Origin: Euprymna scolopes
Taxonomy: Eukaryota
NCBI GenBank assembly: GCA_053919585.1
Contig: CM132785.1
Direction: 5' to 3' (one strand)
DNA length: 64,000 nt
The position numbers and the translations under genes were made by a program. Within the stretch, counting starts at the first letter, position 1. Every line of letters begins with the position of its first letter. Under the pieces are notes generated by a model. The model was not told the DNA's origin. It was given only the letters and a program-made list of their open reading frames with translations, and made no database searches. Shown here one piece after another: positions 38,278 through 51,929 of the stretch.

Positions 38278-39065
38278 TCATTGTCAAAATAGCCAGATGT
38301 CGGACTGACAGTTCGTGACCTTGGGGGTTATGAGAATTTAATATTGACTTCAATCTCCGATTGCAAAATTAGTGATGGTGCCGAATTTTATACCCGCATA
38401 ATTTGGGGGTTTCCCCAATTTCGTGGATTAATTTGATTAGCTTGGAGATTTTCCACCCAGACCACACATCTTACTATATAGTGTTTGTGCCGCGCGAATT
38501 CCGTCAGTTACGAGGCAGTTTCTAACGAGATTTTGGGTGCGGAACCTGAAGTAGCCACACCGTTCCCTGAAGACCTTACCCCTCCTCCAAACCCGTCTTA
38601 CGCTCTCTGTGAAGAGAAGAGAGATTTGAGACTTTCAAAAACTTACAAAGACCTGAACCGTATTTCTGTAAAAAGACCTGTAATATATTTGTGAAGTAGA
38701 ATAGACTTCACGTGTCTGTTTTTCTTTTGCCTGCGGCTTCGATATTCGCTTTCAGCATACAATATTCAATGTAACGATCCCATGAGAAGAACCAGACGAT
38801 CCGAACCGAAGTTTCCAAGACAACAAGGGTCCCAGCGAATTTCATAAGAGGGAATGTTACACATGGTATGGTTTAGGATGTGTTTCATGGTATGGTCCAG
38901 TGTATGGTTCAGGGTATGGTTAATGGTATGGTTCAGGGTATGATTCAGAGTATGGTGCAGGGTATGGTTCATGGTATGGTTCAGGGTATTTTTCATGGTA
39001 TTGTTCAGGGTATTGTTCAGGGTATGGTTCAGGGTATGGTTCATGGTATGGTTGAGGGTATTGTA
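38003..39065. repeat. 12-bp minisatellite (GGTATGGTTCAK)n split by a solo LTR
   Basis: Units at 38003-38066 and 38862-39065; source of the spurious HTLN, GMVQ and PYPE ORFs. Confidence 0.9.
38067..38861. mobile_element. Solo LTR (795 bp)
   Basis: TGTTAC...GTTACA termini, 5-bp TSD CCTGG/CATGG (1 mismatch), cleanly interrupts the minisatellite. Confidence 0.7.
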
Positions 39066-39326
39066 TAAACCCACAAGAAAAAAAAAATTGGTGGAAATCA
39101 GGCAAAAACAATTCATTTTTCTTTGTGACATATTTTCGTTTAAAAAGAAAAACAAACCATTTAAATGCAAGTGTTTAAATTACACCCAAACTTCTTAAGA
39201 TATGTATAACTAAAAATACCATCAGATGTGATTAGGCAAAAACGGTTTATTTTGCTTTGCATTTCAAACTAAAGACAAAACATTTAATATTTGTTATTAC
39301 CCGTACTAGTTCTAAGAAAATGTTAA

Positions 39327-40566
39327 CCAACCCCCTATGAAAGTGAAATGATCAGTGAGTACCTATGAGCGCAAAAAAAAAAACGTTAACCACAGTCGCC
39401 AGGTTTAAATGTGTATCGGTAAGATTAAAAAGTGGTAAAAAATATGAAACACTATCGGATAATTAACAACGTTATTGGTCTTCGTAATAAAGCCTTTAAT
39501 ACGTACCTGAATGACTTTGCCAAAAATTAAAAACATTAAAACGGGCTCCTCCTGGCAATGAAAGGGATACCGAATTTCTCAGTGTTTGTTGTTGTGTCGA
39601 AAGTTAATGAAAGTGCATACGGAAACACTTTTTAAAAAAATCTGACGTTAAAAATTCACATCTAGTACAATATGAAATTGTATAATTAAAAAGTCTTTAT
39701 AGAAAAATGTGTCGGTTAATTTACATATATTAAATTAAAAACACACAGAGAAGAAAGCAAACCCACACACCCACATGCATACATGCACGCGTACACGCAC
39801 ATACTTTGATATAATCAGAGAATAGACAGGTTAAAGCCTTTCAAATCACATGAAATCCAAGAGTGTACTGTAATAATCTCGTAATCGGTCAACTTTTTTT
39901 AATTTTTCATTTATCGCATGACTAAAGAATTTTATTTAATAATACTTTTTAAAAAAGTTTTATCTAGCTTTCAACAACGGAGCAAGAGATAATGGCTATC
40001 AGCATACGAAGATGTGTCGGAAAAATTTTGTACGATGTAGGCCAACAACAAAGATTTAACACGGTAGCATAGCTGTATTAGAAAAGTTTACCTATACGGT
40101 ATTTAATGTAAAAATATAAGCGATGCTTGCTTATAAACATGTTTCGATACGTTAATAGTGTGTATTTTGGGTAATTTTGTTAAAACAATTGACCTTTGTA
40201 TTAGGTGAATCATGTCTGTAAATCCATTGAGAGTTATTTTATTCTAAGAAATTAACGTATATTCAGTTTTCAGCGAATGATATTTATCGGAATGTGAGAA
40301 ATGATGAATCTTTAATATTGAAATCGGGAAATGGAAAGATTATGTCATGTATATAAGTATGCGATCCAGATAATAAGGGTGAAATTTATATCTGTCCAAA
40401 ATGCAGAATACCTCTCGGTGTTTTTTATTTGGAGGTAAAAATAGAAACTACTTCCAGTATACATTGCGGCGACTTTGATGATGTTGCTCTAAGGATGTAA
40501 TGTAGGATTTTATTATAACGCATAAATGGGTGTAAAATGGATTCCACCAGTTACATATGACATTGG
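39327..40566 (+). mobile_element. Internally deleted, decayed piggyBac element
   Basis: TTAA on both sides with imperfect TIRs (CCAA.....TATG.AA). Transposase C-terminal remnants KVYLYGI..ISDA and Cys-rich RLCHV...IYICPKCRIPL at about 40340-40420. Confidence 0.5.
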
Positions 40567-40832
40567 TTAATAGTGTAAACAGAATGAATTAGCATGCGGA
40601 TTCTGGTTGTGTAAATCATGTTATTATATAATAGATACTGTAGATATTAAACTTAACGTTAAATTCCTTATAAATTGAAGTTCAATTAAGCGGAAAGCAA
40701 CGGATACATATACATGGGTGTATTAGTTTATTTTTCCTAAAAAGTTAACTTTTGAGGCTTTGTGGAAATTGCCCGGGTTGGTAACATCTTGTATGCTCGT
40801 AGTTCTTACGGCGAGGAGATTTTTATACCTAG

Positions 40833-40866
<34 letters not shown>

Positions 40867-41577
40867 ATATTTTATAACTCTATTTCTTCCGAAACTAAAA
40901 ATCGCAGAGCGACGTTAGATGTCTCAAATGATTGAATTTTTATAGACCGTTTTTTTTGCCCTATTCACGATTAGTGCTTTAACACTTTATATCCATAACC
41001 TTTATCTTCGGGTGGCATTCTGACCATGATTAGTTATACCTCAGAAAAAGATAAAAAGTAATACCTAAAGCAGAAATATACTGGTTGATCATCAATTCGA
41101 TTCCGTATATTTGTTTCTTATGTCTGATGTTTATTATGTGAAAATGTGAAACAGCCACAAGAAATAAATCACATATACAAACTGTCGATTTTAAGACAAC
41201 ACACTGAAACACATAGATTTATTGACATAGGGCAACTCACTATTATATTCTAATAAAAGCAAAGCAGACATAGAGAAAAGTTTTAAGAACATATGTCCTC
41301 GAAAATGTTTTTATTTTTTCAAAAACATAAACAGATAGACTTTAACATCATGGAGAGTTAATCAGTATACACGCATCTTTTATTTTCTATATCATTAGTC
41401 ACTAAATCATAAAATCAAACTAGTCAAATGAAAACTAAAATATGTATACAAATCAAATGGTTTATACGGCCTTTGCAGAAGGCTTCCTTTTTCATACAGC
41501 ATTCCCGAATTATTGATCTGAAAGGCTTCATACGGGGTCATATTCTATGCGTGTTGGATTTGTTCTTATAACATATA

Positions 41578-42454
41578 CTAGTTGCCTTCAAAAAATTCCC
41601 AGATCTATTTCGTTTGGACACTTTATATTGACAGTGCATATAATACTATCTTGTCCTTTTTTTAAAATAATATCTTTCGGTTACAATGCTGTTACTATAC
41701 CGTTCCGAAAACTTCCGGATACTGCATCGACACCTGGGCAATGACTCGCGGCACTGTCTCTTTCCTCAATAGTCTCATAACGACAGCTTCTAAAGTGTAC
41801 CTTGAGCTAAAGGAATAACATAAAATCACAATGAGCAAAGTCTGGACTATAGAGATTGTTATTGTTTTAATGACCATCTTTAGTCAAATAGTCTGATTTT
41901 CTCTGAGCAAATCTTTTGCATCTTCATTTCCTCGCGATAATTGTGTCTAAAGCTCCCTCACTGACATCAAAATATGCACTTATTGTCTCTATAGACAGCA
42001 GACAATTTTATCCATAAAAACCTTTATTTGACGAAATTCTAATTTACCCCCCTCGCCACACTTCTCATCATCCCTCGCAGACTTCCTGCCGTTTTGGAAT
42101 CTCTCATAGTACTCAGAAACTGATAGTCGATTCATGTAAAATAGTCCAAAAACATTCTGAAGCCATTCACACAATTCTGTGGCAAGTGTTTTTTTTTTAA
42201 TTTTAAACGTAATTTTATTGCATATCGTTCGGCTAAACTGCCCTCACTTCCAGATTGCATTGCAGCAGCTGTGGCAATCAGACCCAGTAGGATGTGTTTC
42301 ATTCCTGTTGTAACTGTTCATTTAAACCTGAAACAATAATAATTGGTCAATCATATAATAAGATATATAGAAATACCATACTAGATATTAAAGATTACAC
42401 GATAAATAAAATAACCTATTCCAAAAAGTCATGAAATTTATTGAAGGCAACTCG
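41578..42454 (-). mobile_element. Internally deleted mariner transposon
   Basis: TA-flanked TIRs C(T/G)AGTTGCCTTCAA(A/T)AAATT. Minus strand LQNVFG..MNR.SV.EYYERFQNGRKS..DD (HTH region) and PDFAHCDFMLF (YSPDLAPCDF motif). Confidence 0.85.
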
Positions 42455-44897
42455 TATACATCAACGTCTCAGACTGGAAAATGTTTGAATTCGTACCACA
42501 ATGTAAGGCTTTATTTATCCTCATATACTTCGACATGACGATAATTTTTCTCATGTTGAATAGATTTCTTTGTTTCCGTTCAACACCTTTTCAATTTTAC
42601 TTTTCTGAAACCTTCCATATGAATAATAAAATATACGCGGTATGAATATATGTTACATCGGATTCGATTTTATCACATTATATGTTTTAATTGCTTATTA
42701 ATTAATTATCACGTACACACATACTCGCAGGCACATATATGTTTATACATATGAATATATATATAAATATATATATATGTGTGTGTGTGTGTTGAGAGAG
42801 AGAGAGAGGGAGAGAGAAAGAGAGAGAAATACATGTTATTTGCTTAAGCAATGTGTACAATCTCTATATAAAAATATTAGTTTGCGAAAAAAATCTAATA
42901 AATCGAAATAAAAATATGGCGTCATTATTATATTATTTTTCGTATGAAAACTTTACTGCTTTAGTCAAGTACTACATATTTATATGTACAATATCTGTCA
43001 AATATATGATGTTACTATTCATCAGCCATTCTAATTACGCTGTTAGGGTTGTGAATTAATAATATACTGATGAATTGTCAACGTTTCAAAAGTATATAAA
43101 TTTTTACTATAATGAAATACCCTTTTTTATTTTTTTTTAATTTTAACACCCCCACACACATATATGTAATGCCAAACAAATTATATTCCAAATGTAAAGA
43201 TGTTAGCTATCTTACCATGTATTACGTTACTATGCACGATTCTTGAAAGCAACTGTTCTGTAGCCGAGACTCATTCATGTAATTATTTTGTAAATTTTGT
43301 AATTTTATTCCGCTTTTATCACATTAGAAAAAAGAATAGGAATATAAAGGAATATTGGCATGATTAGAATATCTGAAAATTGGGAGACAAGTTACAATTA
43401 TTTTTTCCCACTTGTTACTTGATCTTTGCCTTCTTATTAAGCATCTCGAAATTTGAAATATAGATTATTGTCATGTACTGGAATATGCTCCATATTACAT
43501 CGAACTTCAAAAATTTAAGGATTGGTATAAATAGAAGATGGGATATAGTTAGAGAAACATAGTTCCCCATNNNNNNNNNNNNNNNNNNNNNNNNNNNNNN
43601 NNNNNNNNNNNNNNNNNNNNNNNNNNNNNNNNNNNNNNNNNNNNNNNNNNNNNNNNNNNNNNNNNNNNNNNNNNNNNNNNNNNNNNNNNNNNNNNNNNNN
43701 NNNNNNNNNNNNNNNNNNNNNNNNNNNNNNNNNNNNNNNNNNNNNNNNNNGTAAATTGTGATATTTGAACCTATTTCGATTTTAAAATTCAATCGTGTAT
43801 CGAATTGTGTGTGGTTGGGCAATAGTACATAAATAAAAATGATGCATTTCGTTTATTTTTCTCATCTCATTAAAATAAAATTCTAGACTCATTTTCCAAA
43901 CATAATTATCTCTTGTATCAACACATTCGAAATTGATTTAGAAATGATTACTAATTCATTTGCTAATGGTGAATTCTTCGACTTGGAAGACATTTAGAAA
44001 ATTACTTTCATTTAAAGGTAAACACACTATATTTCCGATTCAATTTAACCTTAAAATAATGGTTGCCGTCCGACGAAAAACAAACATTAAATTGACGGAA
44101 CTAATAACCTATTATGATTACGAATATAAAAAAATCGTCCTGTATAATTATCTAAAAAAAATAGTGATAATTATAAATGTTTTGTTTTTATTTTTCTAAA
44201 ATAGAATTGAGGAATTTATATACAATTATACTTAGAAATTATGTTTGTAAAACATATTTAATGACGTAATTTAATATCATCAACAAATAACGGAGATGTG
44301 CACGTTGTAAAGGTTTGTTAAATAAGTTGCAAAATTAAAAAAAAAGGTTTAGAAGGATGATTGACATGTAAAGATTCTTCCATTACAAGTGAAAATATTG
44401 TAAATCCTATGGAGAGTATACACAGTCTTTTAAAACAGTTAAAAATGCGGGATGTCAGTTCTTATATAAAAAAAAAACTAGTGGGACCTGTGGAAATTCC
44501 ACCGCAGAACCTTTAATATGTAACAGATTGCCGCTGGCATTTTGTTGATGTACAGCGTGAATGAAGACCTTGCTATATTATTGTAACCTTTTGTTAAATC
44601 TATAAGGATATTATCTCAGTTATATGGTTATTATAATGTCAGAATATATATGGCTATTATGGTTTCTTTCCAATATCTTTATATGGGTCTTTGGCGTATT
44701 ATAATTCTATGGACGCCAAACACCACAGAAAACCCCACGATATCATTATACTATCTTTAAACAAGCAAGATATTACATTAGATCCTAGACAGAACACAAA
44801 AAGATGCTTTCGTGGCAGGTATGCCGCAAAAGCGACCTGATTTTTCTTTCTATTGCGTCTTTAGTGTTCGGGCGAAACTATTTATTAAAAAAGAAAT

Positions 44898-46647
44898 ATA
44901 GACGGTGTAAACATACTATGGAATTTAGTTAGCGTATCTATATACTAATTTAATTTAAATAGCATAGTATTTCCTTCTTTGGTCGTTTTACATNNNNNNN
45001 NNNNNNNNNNNNNNNNNNNNNNNNNNNNNNNNNNNNNNNNNNNNNNNNNNNNNNNNNNNNNNNNNNNNNNNNNNNNNNNNNNNNNNNNNNNNNNNNNNNN
45101 NNNNNNNNNNNNNNNNNNNNNNNNNNNNNNNNNNNNNNNNNNNNNNNNNNNNNNNNNNNNNNNNNNNNNNNNNNNATTTCGACGGATGAAGTCTTGACAA
45201 GCTAAACATGTTTAATTCGATGGAACATGCTTACATCTACTCAATCGTCCGAGTTCTGCAAGAGAACTGCAAACAAACCCACAATAGAGGCAAGAATGAA
45301 AAAGATTGCACGTATATCGGCTGGGATACTTGCAGATGCTTTAGTTCTTTCACGTCTTACGCGCAGTTGATCAATTTAGGTTTCAGTTTGCCTTGTGCCC
45401 CTGTGACAGCAGATCTCCATTGATTTTTTCGAGAAGCAATTCCTTCAAAATCACAAAAAGGATATTTGCACGTCAAGATTTTTTCAACCTGCCCATATAG
45501 CGAGGCAGAAGTCTACCCACAGCTATTTGTTCACTGTTGAGCTCGCCATACATCACTTGTTTTGGTATCCGGTCGTTTTCCATTAGCAAGAATGCCTTGT
45601 TCGACGTAGCTGTTATTGCATCAAAAAGCTTTACATTCCGCCAATACCTAAGCTCATGAATAGGTCTGAATTGTTTTCAGGAAGTTTTTGTGGAAAACTC
45701 CAAGCTTCTGGACGTGATTGCGATTCATAAAGCAGAGAGGTTAGCATAACTGTTTTATACACAAGTTCTTTAGTTGAAAAGCTCACCCCCTTATCATTCC
45801 ATAACCGATAGCGCAGTTTCCCAAAGACACTTGTTGCTTTCAAAATGTGATTAATGATTTCAAAGACCTTTGTACGGTCAATGAAAAGCATATACAGCTT
45901 CTCATTGTTCCCGTGAACTTTCCCAGCAACGTGGTGGAGAGAAAAGATCATATAAACAGTACCCGAACAATACTGCAACCGCATTTAGATCCGCTGTAGA
46001 TATAGTCAACAAGATGTTTGATTATTCTGTTGCGAACGAGTCTTGCAATTTATCAATGTGAGATGCCACGATAATTATCGCAGATTTTTCTATTACCTTT
46101 TTTCATACAGGTGATGTATTAGTTAATTCCTGAAATCATGAGGAATATTACTAGCTTGGCAGATCTTTACAACGAGAAAATGTAGCTCTTAAACTAGTTT
46201 CTGACCACCGAACGTGTACACCATAGAAGGTAAGGTGTATTTCCCAGATATTTCCCCTTAACAAATTTGTTTAATAGAAACAGGAACCTCATGTAATGCT
46301 CGAAGGAGAAAAGAGCTAAAGAATTTCGGGTGGCTCAGTGATAGAAGAAATTAATTCTCCGTCAGTTGTGGAAGCATTGCTTAGAATGCTTCAAATGCTC
46401 CTTCCACCAATTCAAAATATCCGCTCTGTCACTCAGCAGTGTGCAATCAACTGCAGATATGAAAGAAACACCAGATTCATCTGCCCTAATATTTTCTGCA
46501 CCTGTATTTTGCAACCATTGCATTCTTTCTTCTTTGATGTGGAGGTTTTATCCTCAATCAAAATTTTGTTAGCCTTGTACATCTCTGTATTCAACCGTGC
46601 GCCTCAATATTTTGATCATATAAACAAATCCTGGTTCTTGTGAAAAG
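44898..46647 (-). mobile_element. RTE-clade LINE, shorter tandem copy with internal deletion
   Basis: Colinear with 46648-48895; LFID..KVF and YKTVMLTSLLYESQS remnants; about 615 bp of RT deleted near 45860. Confidence 0.85.
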
Positions 46648-49620
46648 ATAGACGGTGTAAACATACTATAGACACTAATTTTATTTTCATAGTATGCTAT
46701 TGTTCTTCTTTGCTCATTTTTGATGCATTGCCTTNNNNNNNNNNNNNNNNNNNNNNNNNNNNNNNNNNNNNNNNNNNNNNNNNNNNNNNNNNNNNNNNNN
46801 NNNNNNNNNNNNNNNNNNNNNNNNNNNNNNNNNNNNNNNNNNNNNNNNNNNNNNNNNNNNNNNNNNNNNNNNNNNNNNNNNNNNNNNNNNNNNNNNNTTC
46901 GACGGATGAGGCATTGACAAGCTAAACATCTTTAATTCCATGTAACAGGCTTATATCTACTAAATCGTAAATGCCATTCGAATTTTGCAAGAGAACTGCA
47001 AACAAGCCCACAGGGGAGGTAACAATGAAGAATATTGCGCGAATGATCAGACGCGATACTTGTAGATGCGTTGGTTCTTTCACGCGCAGCTGATCAATTT
47101 CTGTTTCAATTTGCCCCGTGCCCCTCCGACAGACAGATCTCCATTCATTTTCCCGAAAAGCAATTTCTTCATAATCACGAAAAAGTATACTTGCACATGT
47201 CAAGTTCTTTTTCAACTTGTTCTTATAGCGAAGCAGAGGTCTACCCACATTCCGCTGTTCACTGTTGAGCTCACCGTACATACTTGTTTTGGTATCCGGT
47301 CGTTTTCCATTAGCAAGACTGTCCTAACCCACGTAGCAGTTATTGCATCCAAAAGCTTTACACTCCGATAATACCACAGCGCATGAATAGGTCTGAATTA
47401 GTTATCCGATTGTCTATGGTGAAGCCACAAACTGTTTTTAGGAAGTTTTTGCGGAAAACTCCAAGCTTCTGGACGTGATTGCGATTCATAAAGCAGAGAG
47501 GTTAGCATAACTGCTTTATACACAAGTTCTTAAGTTCTAAACCTCACCCCCTTATCATTCCATAACCGATAGCGCAGTTTCCCAAAGGCACTTGTTGCTT
47601 TCAAAATGTGATTAATGATTTCATCACCAAGAGAGGCATTTCAATTCACCTTGCTACCGAGATGTGTAAAGCTTTTTACATGTTTCAGATCTTTAACATC
47701 CTCTTGGATTGGTATCTCGAGAAAGCTGTGTACTGGTGGTCGGCGGTGTACGCCCTGAACTCATTTTGGTCTCGCTCGATGTGCTGTTTTCTTTATGCTG
47801 ATTGTCAGATCAAAGTTTTGCAAGCAATGAAAAATCTCTCTACACACAGTTGAGCTTCATCCTGACAGGTTCCGCAAAGTGCAGCGTCATAAAAACAAAC
47901 TAAGGGATTCTAAAAATATTCGTTGAATGAGTGTATTAGCGTTAAAACACATCTGGTTGAAGAAACAAGCCCTAGTTCTGAATTTAAATTATACGCCTGT
48001 ATATAAATGACCAAAAGCATATTTCAGCATTACTGAAAATAACTAAGCGAACATCACAGGTGTCATTACCCAGCCCTGTTTGGTACGATTCGTGGAATTG
48101 AAAGGTTCTGAAGACTCTCCATTTGAAATATCAGATACCTTAACTCCATCATGAAAAGACATGCTTACATTCAGTATGTTCTCAGGTATCCTTAGCATTT
48201 TCAAAACCTTCTAGAGGGCATCGCGGTTGATTGGGTCAAAGGCCTTTGCAAAGTCAATGAAAACCATATACAGTTCCTCGTTGTTCTCGTGAACTTTCCC
48301 AGCAAAAGTGAGATGCCACGATAGTTGTCACAGAGTTTTCTATTGCCTTTGTTTTATACAGGTGCTGAATTAGTTAATTCGTGAAATCATGAGGAACATT
48401 ACCAGTTTTGCAGATCTTTACAACAAGACAATGTAGCTTCTACACGAGTTTCTGACCACCTAACTTATACATGCTAGGAGGTAAGGTGTATTTCCCAGAT
48501 ATTTTGCCTTAAAGAATTTGCTTAATAGCAACATGAACCTCACGTAAAGCTCGAAAGAAAAATGTTAAGGAATTTCAGCTCGCTCAATGACAGACATTAT
48601 TTCTCCGTCAGTTGTGGAAGCATTGCTTAGAATGCTTCAAATGCTCCTTCCGGCGATTCAAAATATCCGCTCTGTCAGCCAGCAGTGTGCAATCAACTGC
48701 ATATATGGAAGAAACACCAGATTAATCTGTCCTAATGTTGCTGCCCCTGTTTCTTGCAACCATTGTATTTTTTCGTCTTTGATGTGGAGGTGTTATCCTC
48801 AATTCAAATGTTGTTTACCTTATTCGTCTCCGTTATCAAACCTTGCACCTTAACATTTTGATCATTCAAACCAGTCCTGATTTTTACGGAAAAGTTAAGC
48901 TCAGAAATTCGAATGTGCGTTATATCACGTAATGATTTCCATGAAAGTTCAATATCATCAGTTATTTTAACAGAATCTAATTAATTATCAAGGCGTGCCG
49001 TAAGTGCTGCTTGGTGATAGGTATTTTTTAACGAAAGGGCGTTGATTTCTTTGGGGACGGAGGAGCGTTTTATTTGTCTGTCTTGTAGGTGTCTCGATGT
49101 TTGACTTCGAAGCAAAGCATGATCGGAAAAATAACAATTTGTATGTATAACGAGTGATATGATAGTGGTAAATGTCACGTCTTTTTGTGATCCTGTGCTA
49201 ATCTCTTGAACGAGGGTGCATCCATGTAGTCTTGTGGGAATTTTTGTGTTTGACTCCCGTGTTGGTAATATAAAGGTTAAACTCTTCACAAAGAGACAAC
49301 AAAAGAAGACCATTACCATTTTCACGACAAACATCATGGTGACCCAAAACACTACTCTAGGATGGACTATCCACACCCGCACGAGCATTAAAATCATCCA
49401 ATAGTACAAGTTTGTCCTTTTGTCGAACATTCGCGAAAATTTCTTTCAGTTGTAGAAAAAATCCATATTTGTCTTGCTCAAGTCTATGTAATATGGGATC
49501 ATAACAGCTAATTAATATTGCACATATACTGCATTCTAGACTGAGGGTTAATGTCATTAGGCGATACGAAAGCCACTTTGGACGGGTTGATAATGACTTG
49601 GCAAGGTTTTCAGCTCAAGT
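46648..49620 (-). mobile_element. RTE-clade (BovB-like) LINE, decayed APE plus RT
   Basis: DKLVLLDDFNARAG, WMHPR, SDHALL (APE); VFIDFAKAFD.INR.AL, YLGS (RT); MYGELNSEQRNVGRPLLRYKNKLK (RTE C-terminus). Confidence 0.9.
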
Positions 49621-50585
49621 GCAACAAGAGCCATCTGACGTTCTAGCAAAGCTAAAATCAAGTTTTTTCAAACGTATGGTCGGTCTAGTAAATTAGAATT
49701 TTTAAGAGGGGGACAAAATTAAATTGATGTAGACCGAATATTATTTTGTTGTTTTGGGGAGTGGTTCGTTCAAATATGTTTTTTCAGAGATGAGTAACTT
49801 GACAGTAACTCACAATGTAAGTGTTCCTTTAAAAAAAAACTGTCTTCCGCGATATTGTATACCTAGAGAGTAGCAGTGATGCGTACACCGGCTCTGACTC
49901 GCTTTGATAATTCGTAACAAATCAAATTAAAAATGCGGACGGAGTTTTGTGAGGCATGAATAGCTTTCGGGAATGAATTTCTTTAAAAAGACGTATATGA
50001 ATAATGGTAGTGAATAATCGTAATGAATCATTGGTTTGCAAATCACTGAGATTAAGTAGTAAGGGGAATGTAAAACATGTCGTCAATGATTTACATAACA
50101 ATGATGTAACAAGATGACATAAGTTTTACAAAGATCTATGTATGTTTTTTTACATGGGGGTCGCCACTTATCAAGGCCTGGAAGCCACTCAGGGAAAAGG
50201 GTTATTGGGTATACAATAACCAATGGGATAATATCGTAGAATTGTATGTAAGACAACCTGGTTTAAGTCTTCAGCAATCTTGTAGAGAGGAAGGAAAAAT
50301 CATACAAGTGACCATCATAATTAGGGGCTCAAATGCGCAGTAAACATTCGCGCTTTGAAGGCAGTTTAATTCGATAGAGTTAATGTTTTTCTGTGTCTCT
50401 GGTATGTTAATGAACAGGCTAGGGAATTCAAGTGAATCAGTATGATAGACGGTATCTGGTATTATTAGAAGCGAACCACTAAAAACTGTTAAGTGAATGC
50501 ATTTGCTGTAGATCACCGAAATTAGTGTAAAAATATTAAGAAGTAAAATACTGTGAAAATGAGATAAAGTTTTTATTAGTAGTAC

Positions 50586-51173
50586 TGTGGTGGCGTCCTT
50601 CTGATATTTTTTATTAAATATACATTAAAAATAAAAATGTATCTATATATAAATGATAATAAACTTTAAAGAATAAATTTAAAAAATAGAATAATTAATC
50701 TTTTTTCGTGATTCGTGTAAAACTTTTGGTTATTTGAAGCCGCCATAAAAACAGAAATAAAAGAACTGCTACCTGTTAGCATAGCTAGAAAGTAATCGTT
50801 CGGTTTGGAAATTAGAAGAGCATAGCCCCTCCCCCCGGGCAGTTATACTTTGATAAGTTGGCTCGTTACATCCTATATTTTTTATTATTTTTTTCAAGTT
50901 GGATCCTCTTTTTTTCGGTGCATTAGTTTATTAACGATGAAGATACATCAAGTAAAGAATGGAGTTCTACATAACACCGTTGTTCCAGCGCATGTCGTGT
51001 TCTGCATAAGTGCCGAAGCATGTTGCCTTTTCCTGATCCTAGTGAACTTGAAGAAAGAATCTGATCAACTTTGATAATCCTCCTAGTAAATGGAGTACGT
51101 GAACAGATAAAACACAAGTGTATTAAGTTTTGTAGGCCTATCTAATCTCTTGAAAGTATTTACAAATCCTACA
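50586..51173 (+). repeat. Gypsy 5' LTR
   Basis: TGTGG...CCTACA; direct repeat of 55217-55776. Confidence 0.9.
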
Positions 51174-51217
51174 AATTGGTGCCCGAACTACAAACAAATA
51201 TACACAACCTTTTAACC

Positions 51218-51925
51218 ATGACTGAAACAAAGTGATTCAATGCTGTTGCTGTTCGGGTGCCGCTATTCATGGAAACTCAAACCAACGGATGGTTCGCCAT
51301 AATTCAAGCCCAATTTGTGATCCGAAACATCACAGTAGAAGCCAGTAATTTCTGTCATGTACTCTCAAACTTACAACCAGAACTTGTAGCACAATTACCT
51401 CTAATTCTACTGGAAAATGAAGCTACGAGGAATTAAATGTAGTCGTCATTTATATCTGCGTGGACACCAATCCTGAATTATTCGCCAAGTTAATGAGCGA
51501 AACTAAAATGGCCAGTAGACCCTCACACTATCTACGGGAATTAATGACAACTGCTACTAAAGCCGGCATAGGTGATGATTTAGTGAAGCATACGTTCATA
51601 GAAGCCCTGCAGCCCAGAATCTGGCCCGTAATATTTGCTCAACTAGGTAACCTAACCGATCAATTAATGCCGATACTGCTAAAAGAGGCAAATCAAGTAA
51701 ACTTTGTGTAATCAGCAAAGTAGTCCAAGAACATCTAAAACTCAAACTAGTAATTCTAACCAATTCCCCTAACCAGAAGTATGCAGCGGTCATTTATACT
51801 TCGGCAGCAATTCACGCTCATGTAAACCCTGAGGTGAGTGGCCTAACAAACGCAATTGCCAAATACAACCAATTTATAGGTCATCATTACCAGCTCCTGT
51901 ACCTAGGCTTTATTCGGAAAACTAA
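51218..51925 (+). pseudogene. gag: Gypsy gag, frameshifted
   Basis: VRVPLFME....WFAIIQAQF..RNIT....FCHVLSNL; RPSHYLRELM. Confidence 0.75.
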
Positions 51926-51929
51926 TACG

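Noticed and set aside
38766-39198. Repetitive ORFs (HTLN, GMVQ, PYPE, VWFR)
   Set aside because: These are translations of a 12-bp minisatellite that is open in several frames on both strands.
43445-43570. Possible host exon (DYCHVLEYAPYYIELQKFKDWYK) before an N-run
   Set aside because: In-frame stop, no recognisable homology and no supporting neighbouring exons.
50100-50580. Possible LINE RNase H remnant (YHTDSL) on the minus strand flanking the Gypsy element
   Set aside because: Only one weak motif; cannot be assigned by eye.
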